Assembly (NCBI GenBank): GCA_964387845.1
Contig: CAYLXA010000006.1
Coordinates: forward strand, 32,001 to 96,000
DNA length: 64,000 nt
Direction of reading: 5' to 3'
Source of the DNA: an uncultured bacterium
GTDB taxonomy: Bacteria; Omnitrophota; Omnitrophia; Omnitrophales; Abzuiibacteriaceae
Under the pieces are notes generated by a model, which saw only the letters and a program-made list of their open reading frames with translations, did no database searches and was not told the DNA's origin. Both the position numbers and the translations under genes were made by a program. Positions 54,125 to 63,400 of this stretch are shown one piece after another (position 1 is the first letter of the stretch; each line of letters begins with the position of its first letter).

Positions 54125-57100
54125 TTGAGGTCTATGGGTCTTCCGAACCTTTCAGTCAAAAAACCTGTTCTCGTCACGGTCGTTTTTGTCGGATTTCTTC
54201 TGCTTGGCATTCTCGCCGCATTCCGTTTGCCCGTCGAGCTTTATCAAGGCACTTCCAGCGGCATCATCAGCATCATCATCCGTGCGCGCGGCGGATTAGC
54301 ACCTGTCGAAGTGGAACACATGATCACACGGCCGGTCGAGGAGTCGGTATCGACCGTGAGCCGCCTGAAAACCATGTATTCGAATTCGCGTGAAGCCGAA
54401 AGCCGTGTAACGCTTGAATTTGAACCAGGCACCGACATGAACTTTGCCGCGCTCGAAGTGCGCGAAAAATTTTCGCGCGTGAAATCCAAGCTTCCGCCCG
54501 AAATCGAAAAACCTGTCATTGCCAATTACTCCGAAAGCGAAAGTGCCGTGATTGTGTTTGCGGTGATTTCCGATACCAAAACGCCGGAAGAACTTCGCGA
54601 AATGGTAGAAACGGATTTGAAACCGTGGCTGGAACGCGTCGACGGCGTCGCAAGTGTTGAAATTTACGGCGGCCGGGAGCGAAAGATTTTAGTCGAGTTG
54701 GACCGCGACAAAATGGTGGCTTATTCCGTTTCGGTGGAGCAAGTGATGGATGTGCTGGGCGCCAGCAACATTAATCTTCTTGCCGGAGACTATGAGCGCG
54801 GCGAGTATGATTTTGCAGTCCGGACTATGGGTGCTTTTACAAGCATTGATGAAATCGGCAACATCGGCGTCAAAGTAACGCGCCAAGGATCGATTATTCC
54901 GCTCAAGGAAGTCGCAACCATCAAAGATTCCTACCTCGAGCCTGAGGATTATGCGCGGCTCAACCTCAATCAAAACGTTTCCATTTATATCAAAAAAACA
55001 AGCCTCGCGAATACGATCAAAGTCGTCAAGCTCGCCAAACAAGTTGTGAAGGGCTATGCAGATGAAAAAGTGAGCGAGCTCAGAATCATCACGGTTTCTG
55101 ATCGCGCGCATTCCATCGAACGCGCCATCGGCGATGTCAGAGGGTCGCTTATTTTAGGTGTTTTTTTGGTGACTTTGATGATTTACTTTGCGCTCAGGAG
55201 TCCGGTTCTGGCGCTGATTATTTCAACCGCAATCCCAATTTCGGTTATTTCGACTTTTCTGTTCATGGATTTTTTCGGCATCAGTCTGAACGTGATGACC
55301 TTAAGCGGCCTGGCTCTATCAATCGGCATCATGGTCGACAGTGCAGTGGTCGTGATGGAAAACGTTTTCAAGAAGCGCGAAGAAGGTCTTAGCCACGAGC
55401 AGGCAGTCCGTGAAGGGTCGGAGGAAATGTGGATTCCGCTCTTGGCTGCATCCGTTACCAATTTAGTTGTCTTTTTGCCCATTATTTTCATTGATAAAGA
55501 AATCCAGCTCATTTATCAAGGATTTGCATTTACCGTTTGCATTTCGCAAGTCATGTCGCTCCTGGTAGCCATCATGCTGATTCCGATGCTTTTGTCGAAA
55601 ATCAATTTCGATGTACCATCCAAACCGCAAGAGAGCCCGGCGAAGCCTAATTTTATTTCGAAGTTTTATTTTTGGTATGAGCAGTTAATCCGGGCATCAT
55701 TCCGCTTGAGGTATTTAATGCTGTCTTTAATCGTTATGCTTTTTGTCGCTTCTGCCTGGGGTCTGGCGCATCGGGACATTGACCTGCCGTCAACACTCGA
55801 AGAAAACGAATTCCAGGTGGTTATATTCCCGCTAGCCGGAGCGAAGCTTGAAACAAATGACGAAGTGGTCAAGAAAATTGAAGAGATGCTCGGTCAATAC
55901 AAAGAAGTCGATTTGATCTCAACCACGGTCCGGAAGGACGATATCCGGATTTTTGTTCGGCTTGTTCCTCGGGCGAAACGTTCAGCATCGAAGGATGTCA
56001 TCATGTCGCAGATTAAGGAAAAGGGAAATGAAGAGATTAAGCAAGTGCATGAGGAATACTCGCTGATTGTTGATGAGGGAGCTTCGAGTGAAGAATCGAA
56101 AAAGATGATTATTAATATTTTCGGGCTCGAAAATGAAACACTCGAAAAGCTGGCGCATGAATTTGCAAAAAAAATAAATTCGGTCAAGGGATTGACCAAT
56201 CTGGTGATGACCGACCTTCGGAAGCGGCCCGAATACAGCTTGGTGGTTGACCGCGCAAGAGCTGCCTTTTATGGTTTAAACGTAAGGGAAGTTGCAGATT
56301 CTATTCACGCTCAGATTCGCGGAATGAGGCCGACGAAGTATCATGAGCTGACGGAAGGCCTGGAAATCGAAACTATTACGCGGCTTCAGCCGATTTTTCG
56401 GCAGAAAATTGATGACTTGAGGAATATTTTTGTGGTTTCACCGCAAACCGGCGTTCAGGTAGCGCTGGAACAATTTTCGAGTTTTTATCCGTCAACGGGG
56501 CCGCAGACGATTGACCGGCGGAATAAATACCGCTACGTATTTTTAAAGGGTGACGTTAACCGCCCGCTTGAAACGGTGGGCAAGGAAATCAAAGAGGCTG
56601 TGAAAGACGTTCCGATGCCGAAGGATTATTTTTGGCGCTTTGGCGGGCAATACGAATCATTGCTGCAAGGAAGGTCGGAGCTTTGGTTGGCGTTTGTGAT
56701 TACCGTTGTTTTAATTTACATGGTTCTGGCTTGCATGTTTCAATCTTTCAGCGAGCCCGTGCTGGTCATGATCGCAATTCCGCTGGCAAGTATCGGGGTT
56801 TGGCTTGCATTGACACTCACGCAAAAACCGCTCAGCCAGCCTGTTTTTATCGGTATGATTTTATTGGCCGGGTATGTTGTTAATAATTCCATTATCTTAA
56901 TCGACCGGATTAATCATCTGAAAAAGCATATCCGCGACCGCAATCAAATTCTAGTCAAAGCCGGGCTTGACCGCTTACGTCCGATCATGATGACCACAGG
57001 ATCAACCCTGATAGGATTCCTACCAATGGCCATTGCGGTGAGCGATTCCAGCGAGCTGTGGTCGCCGCTTGCCGTTACCGTGATTGGGGGGTTGTTGACT

Positions 57101-57199
57101 TCGACTATCTTGACCTTGTTTGTCATTCCGAACATGTTCCTCTATTTTTCCGACCTGACGCGTCTTTTTCGAACTGAAAAAACTTCCAAGCAAATCTAG
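54125..57199 (+). CDS. second RND efflux permease (AcrB/MdtC-like), tandem paralog
   Basis: 1024 aa. SIGIMVDSAVVVMENVF and ILLAGYVVNNSIILIDRI TM4/TM10 motifs. Same architecture as the upstream gene. Confidence 0.9.
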   Translation: MRSMGLPNLSVKKPVLVTVVFVGFLLLGILAAFRLPVELYQGTSSGIISIIIRARGGLAPVEVEHMITRPVEESVSTVSRLKTMYSNSREAESRVTLEFEPGTDMNFAALEVREKFSRVKSKLPPEIEKPVIANYSESESAVIVFAVISDTKTPEELREMVETDLKPWLERVDGVASVEIYGGRERKILVELDRDKMVAYSVSVEQVMDVLGASNINLLAGDYERGEYDFAVRTMGAFTSIDEIGNIGVKVTRQGSIIPLKEVATIKDSYLEPEDYARLNLNQNVSIYIKKTSLANTIKVVKLAKQVVKGYADEKVSELRIITVSDRAHSIERAIGDVRGSLILGVFLVTLMIYFALRSPVLALIISTAIPISVISTFLFMDFFGISLNVMTLSGLALSIGIMVDSAVVVMENVFKKREEGLSHEQAVREGSEEMWIPLLAASVTNLVVFLPIIFIDKEIQLIYQGFAFTVCISQVMSLLVAIMLIPMLLSKINFDVPSKPQESPAKPNFISKFYFWYEQLIRASFRLRYLMLSLIVMLFVASAWGLAHRDIDLPSTLEENEFQVVIFPLAGAKLETNDEVVKKIEEMLGQYKEVDLISTTVRKDDIRIFVRLVPRAKRSASKDVIMSQIKEKGNEEIKQVHEEYSLIVDEGASSEESKKMIINIFGLENETLEKLAHEFAKKINSVKGLTNLVMTDLRKRPEYSLVVDRARAAFYGLNVREVADSIHAQIRGMRPTKYHELTEGLEIETITRLQPIFRQKIDDLRNIFVVSPQTGVQVALEQFSSFYPSTGPQTIDRRNKYRYVFLKGDVNRPLETVGKEIKEAVKDVPMPKDYFWRFGGQYESLLQGRSELWLAFVITVVLIYMVLACMFQSFSEPVLVMIAIPLASIGVWLALTLTQKPLSQPVFIGMILLAGYVVNNSIILIDRINHLKKHIRDRNQILVKAGLDRLRPIMMTTGSTLIGFLPMAIAVSDSSELWSPLAVTVIGGLLTSTILTLFVIPNMFLYFSDLTRLFRTEKTSKQI

Positions 57200-57354
57200 A
57201 TTCTTGACTTTCCCCGTTGTTTTCATCCGCTTATTTTTTATTTCAGACCGAAAATAAGCATTTCAATTTCTGCCCTATCCAAGCGCACTTTTTAGATCGG
57301 CATATATCACGGTAAACACTAGGGTTACGTTAAATACTTTTCTCAGTTCCGGGT

Positions 57355-57383
57355 TTGACAGGGGGGTATTCAAACTGTATACT
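57355..57383 (+). promoter_or_regulatory. near-consensus sigma70-type promoter (TTGACA-N17-TATACT), about 108 nt upstream of the giant ORF start
   Basis: ttgaca at 57355-57360, a 17-nt spacer, then tatact at 57378-57383. Confidence 0.4.
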
Positions 57384-57490
57384 TTTATCAAAGATTTTAA
57401 AAGATAAATTAAGTGTTTTTTATCTCACTTTATTTTTAGATGTAAGCACGACTCGAAAAAACCCCGGCAGTGAAAAGAGATTCCTAACAA

Positions 57491-60400
57491 ATGCGCCAGG
57501 TTGAAAAGAGTAAAACTTTTAATCTTTATCTAAAAGTTGTCGCGCTGATTGTTTTATTTACTTTTACGCTCAACACAATCGCGTGGGCTGACGGGTCTAG
57601 TAACTTAATTCAGTCGCTGCAGAATAATAAAGCCAGCACCTACCGTGACATTTTAGAATCCAACTTAGTGATTGATCAGTCCCTTCTCGACACTTCAATC
57701 ATTCCTGATAAAGTCGGGCACATCAAAAGCCGGTTTCAAGGTAAAAAGCCTCAGACGATTTACCATATTCAAGATGCGCACATCAACTACGATGCCCAGA
57801 TCAATATTTCCAAAATTATCGAGCAGGTATCAAAAGCAAACGGCACTGATTTGATCAACGTCGAAGGAGCCATGGGGCGACTGAACAATTACTGGCTCTC
57901 TTCATTTCCAAATGCAGAAGCGCGTGAATTGGTCGGTGATTACTTTGTCAGGGAAGGACGATTGAGCGGGCCGGCTTTCGCATCGATTGTCACACTTCCG
58001 AGATCAATCATCAATGGCGTCGAAGATGAAGCGCTTTATGAAGAAAACAGGCAGGCATTTTTAACGGCGCTCGCGTTTCGCGACCGGAATGAAGGGCTTT
58101 TGCAATCACTCCGGAATGGACTGGATCATGTGGCGCGCTACATTTTTCCGGATGATTTGCGCGAGCTCAGAATTCGCCATGACGCATTCCAGGAAGATTC
58201 GCTTTCGATGAAAGCATTTGTCCGGTATTTGGTGGAGTTGGCGCAGGCAAACAGCGTTAGCTTGTACCGTTACCGCCACATCGACGCGTTCATGAAATTA
58301 GTCGAGCTTGAAAAGTCGATCAATTTTGAAACAGCCGAAAAGGACCTCGAGGGATTATTGTCTGAGATTAAGAAGCGTATGCCGGCCCAGGATGTATCGG
58401 CTTTCGGGTTCAAAGTACTCCAATATCACCGCAAGAAATATTCCCGCAAAGATTTTTTTGAATATATTGATCAACTCATCAACAAATTACAGATTAGTGG
58501 CGAAGCGTTCATGCCGGCATTGAACTATGTGGCGTATATGCGCAGCTTCGACACAATCGGCGTGGAGCTTTTTGATGAGATCCGGCTCGCCGAGGATGAT
58601 TTGAAAAATAAATTGTTCCGCAACGAGACGGAAGTCAAGCTGGACCGGCTTTACCGGCTGCACGAATTGTTGAAGCACATTTTTGATTTCTCACTCACCA
58701 AAGAAGACGCCGAGTTTTTTTATTCCTATCGGGATGAATTTAAAATCACAAATTTCAAAGCCTTTATCGGCGAACAGGCGAAGGCGCTCGGTATTGAAGT
58801 CGAGCTGGATCCGAAACTCGAGCAGATTGACGATGATTTGCTGAAGGTCGAGAAATTTTACGAAATTGCTCTGAAGCGCGACAAAGTGTTGATCGAACGT
58901 TCTTTAAAAGCGATGGAAGCGGAAGGCCGCAAAAGCGCTTTTATAGTCACCGGCGGATTTCATACGCCCGGCATTGAACGCTATCTTCGAGAGCGTGATA
59001 TTTCTTATGTTGTGATCGCGCCCCGGATTTCTAGCAAAATCGACGAAGTCAAAGAAGCTATGCGCTATGAAAGCGCCATGCGCGATATGCCGTCCAAAAT
59101 CGAATCGCTGCTCAAAGAAGTTTACCAGCCGCAGAAAGCGATGATGCTGAACGATCCACGGTATCAAGTGTCGGCGCCGCAAGTGATTCGTCCGTTCGGG
59201 TCAGAAGGAAAGTTTGAAATTGGCGCCGGCGCAATTTTGCGCGGGTTTGTCGGAAAATCAGAACTTCGCCGGTGGCTGCCGGCTTTATCGGAAAATCTAA
59301 TCGCATCGGGCATCGATAGCAATTTGGCAGCACGCACACTGGAACGGTTTCAGGATTTCCAGCGAAACTTTGATTCTTACATCAAAGTCGAAATCAACAA
59401 GACCCATGTGATTGCGAGCAGGCTTCCGGATGGAAGAGTATTGATGACAGTGATGTATCCATCGAAAGATAAATCCGAAGTTGGCCGGCCGGGCGGTATG
59501 CATGATTACGCTAAAATTGCTGAAATCGGAAAGTTTGTCATTGAAGTATTTATAACGGATCGTGCTTTCTTGGAATCAATTTTGAAACGCGATGGTGCGA
59601 AGGTTGTTGAATCATCAGATTGGGTCTCTGAAGCATTGCCGCCAAGTTCACAGAGCACAGTTCCCGAAAGAGCCATTTCGGTTGATCTTGCCATGGCCAA
59701 GATGCATAACGGCGGCCAGACTTGGGAGTTATTGCAGAAAATCGCGCAAAGCAGCGACCTTAACTGGACTGCGATGAGCGTTAACGAAAAGTTGGCATCA
59801 ATTGAAAGTATTCTGATTGACCGGAAAATTAACCGGGACAATCTCGCGAGAGCCGCCTCCGAAGAATTAAAAATCATATCGCCATCCGCGGAAATCACGC
59901 TGCAATCTCGGTTCAGCGTTCGCGTCTTTATTTTTTTAGCGGAAAACGCCTTCGATTTAAAAAAGATGAGAATTAGGGATGAACTTTTATCCTTGATTCA
60001 ATCTCGTAACCGTTTTGATGAAGAGGTTGACGTAGCCGTATCCGCCGGTCCGGCCGCCTTGGAATCACTGCGCAGTGAACTTAGGCACTTAAACGCACTT
60101 GCGGGCGATACGCGCGTTGTGTCTCAGGCAGTCATTCGGGTCAATTCCGAGCTCCGAAAAATTTCAGCTCCCGTTTCAGAAGAAGTAAAGCCTGTTGCTT
60201 TAGAATCCGGCGCTCCTGCTGAAACTGCAAAAGTAGAAAAATCAGCCACAGAAGTTACGGAGCCGAAAGCACAAGAAGTAAAGCCAACGCGCGCTCCTCC
60301 TGCTCCAAAATTAAGCAAGGCGGAGATCATTAATAAAATTCTTGCTAAGCAAGCCGCAAAATCTTCAGAGCCGCTTAACTTTATTTCCAACATTTCACTC

Positions 60401-63400
60401 AAAGCAAAGACGGCCGACATTATCGCCGCAATCAAAGCGATTGGGTTTGATGATGAAGATCTCGAGCTTCTGTCGCAGCTTTCCGGCATTAACGCGGATT
60501 CTTCCGTTCAGGAATGGCGTTATGTTTACACGCAGGTCCGCCGGATCTTCGAAAAAATGTACAAAGTCCGAGACCAGCGCCACGGTGAAGCAAAAGCGGA
60601 ATCCAAAGAACCTTTGGTGGACCGCATTCTGCGCGCGTCCTGGAGTGCTGTGAAATGGTTTTCGAATCCATTCAAAGTGGGTAAGTGGCTGATCACGGTT
60701 GGCCCTCACTTGCTCGATAGTTTTTATTTTGGCTACACACGCCGCGCTTGGCAAATGACGCTTTTTGGAAAAGATATTAAACCATTTAACCGAGCGGATC
60801 ATATACAACAGGTTGTGGATACTTTGTCCGGAGCGATGTTGAATGCCAGAGAAAAGAACTTTGATTCATTTTTAAACCGGAGTCGGTTTGGAAATTCCAA
60901 TTGGAGCATTGTGTACCGTTTTGTTGATAAATACATCTCAAAATTATTTGTATTGCCGCACTTTGAATTTTTCATGAAACGCTGGAAGATGGCAGTTTTT
61001 GGTGTATTTGCACTCGGAACCGTGTCTGTGTTGCTGCCTGCAAGCGTCGCCGGCTACAGCTTGCTCGGTCCGGTGGGCATCTGGATTACAAGCGCTTTTG
61101 AAGGCGCAGGGTTCCTTAGCGTTGCTGCCAATGCTTTTGTTCATGCATTTACGGTTTCTTCATTTCTCAACACAGCGATTTTAGCGTTCATGCTTACTAT
61201 TCCTAATTTTGCAAAGCGTTTCTCCAATCTTCGCATGGACCGTATGATCATTACCCAGCTCGGGCGTTTGAAAAATCTGCAATCTTTGGATTATCCGGTT
61301 GTGCGTAAAGTTCTGAGCGATGTTACGCAGGGCGGGTTGCCCGTGGAGCAAAAATTACAAATCATTTTGGAATTGCAATCACTTCTTCCGCATGTCCGTT
61401 ACGATAATGACTCGCAGAAAACTTTATTTACGACTTTGGTCCATGACGAAGTGAGCCGAATTCAGGATGCGCTCAAAAGCAGCACGCAGGAACGCGCACC
61501 GCCAGTAGTTGAATCACCAAACTTGATCCAACGCTACATCATTTCTCCTCTCTTTGGTGTCATTCGCGCTACTTTCACAATCAACTTCGCAAAAGCGTTC
61601 GCAAAATCCATGTTTGGCATGCTGACGGTCGGTGCCGAAATCGGTGCTTTGGCGGGCGGCCATGCTCCAGGCGAGTACGGCGCTGCGCATTACATGGATG
61701 AATACCTGCTCTCGAAGCCCGTTTCATTCATCATGAAAAATATCACCGGCAATGCGGATTTCGATATCCAGGTTTCTTACTTTGAACCGGCGGTCAATTA
61801 CGTTGAACGCTTCATGATCAATGTCGGCCACTATGCGGTTGAAGGTGTCGAACACACATTCGGATTTAGTGCAGCAGAAATAGTCGCCAAAACATGGGCG
61901 AGCGTCCTCAATACTTTCGGCATTAAAACCGAGGTCGGTCAATTACTCTCAGAAGGCATCAGCCTTCAAGAAATTGAAGTGGCTCGTCAATTAGGCCTGC
62001 CGGCACAATTTCTAAAGTTCGGACAAAAAATACCAGAACCGCAAAAACAAATCGCCGCAGCGCCTGCCACAGGCGGCGCAGCGGGTATGGGACTTGCCAT
62101 GAACCCGATGCTGGCGATCGCTCAGATTGCCGCTATCAGCGCGATGGGTTCTACAAAAGAAGTACGGGATGGTACCGAATACAAAGATGAAAAGCCGAAG
62201 GGGGCGGCGATTCCGCCCGTTCTTTTTGAGAAATTTGAATTTGCGGTACCGCTTCATTCAAGCGTAGCAAATTTAGAAAACCTGAGAAAAGACTACGGAT
62301 CAGTTCCTGCTTCAGAAAGATACCAGGCTGCTCTGGCATTGCCAAAAGCCGAGGAAGAATATGAGGCGGCAAAGAAGAAAGCTTTCCTGAATTTGTTTGC
62401 CTCAGAGCGTCTGGCCGCAAAAGAAAAAGTTGATAGGTTGCAGTCGCTTACCGGAGATTCGATCTTAAAAGAAAAACAAAAAGTTTTCTGGAAACTGATC
62501 AAAGAAATTGACGAGCGCCAGAAATCCCTCGATAAGACCATCGAACAAATTTATAAAAGCGTTACCCATTACACTTCCGATAAGAAAGCAGCAGAACAAT
62601 TTATTGAGGAAGCCAGAGATCAGATTTCGGCGATGCGCGCGATGACGGATTATTTTTCCGCAGATGACGCGCGCTACGCCGTTAGAACCGGCGCCTGGCA
62701 GGTCATGGATGCCGCAGCTTCGGATAAAGAAGTAGCAAAAATTCGCGCGGATATGGCAAGCCGTGAACAAAAAATGGTGGGCCAACTCGAAAGAGTCAAA
62801 GATATTTTAGACCAGTGGCCGACCTATGTAGAAAGTGTTTTGAGCGGCGCTGACGTTGATGTGCCGGCACGTCTCATTGATGAAGAATATCTTCCATGGG
62901 GCGAGCGGGCAAAAGTTTGGCTGGCGGGAAAAGGCATTCCGAATGAAGTGATTGTTTCCACCGAAGGATTAATGACTTTGCTCCATGGTGTGCCTATTCC
63001 GATGCCGTGGGCTCAAAATGAAAGTTGGAAGGGGTCTTTACGGGTCGCGCAACATGATGTGAATCAGGGGCGGGCGGTTCTTGTTGTAACTGATCAAGGC
63101 AATGACTCTATCCGGCATGATGGTGCCGAAGTTTTTAGAGCAGGCTTGAAGGCAGGCATTAAAGAGGCTCTCGTGCTGCGTCATGACCTGATGCCATCGC
63201 AACGAAACAACTTCGTCGTAACGGCGACTTTTTATAGCGCTTCTGCTGAGCGGCTCATTCCTGTGCTCCTGGATGTGGTACGTCAGAATCCGGATATCAA
63301 ATTCAACGCGCGGATGTACGACACGACATTGCAAAAAACCAGTTCCAAACAAGCCGAAACAATCGCCAAACTGGAACAGGATGCTAAAGTTCTGCCCAAT

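Noticed and set aside
50804..57199. Antisense ORFs inside the RND permease genes (e.g. 51109-51366, 51904-52341, 52708-53319, 54244-54525, 54689-55111, 55183-55512, 55894-56199)
   Set aside because: They lie within high-confidence RND coding sequence on the opposite strand. They are typical shadow ORFs of GC-skewed membrane-protein genes.
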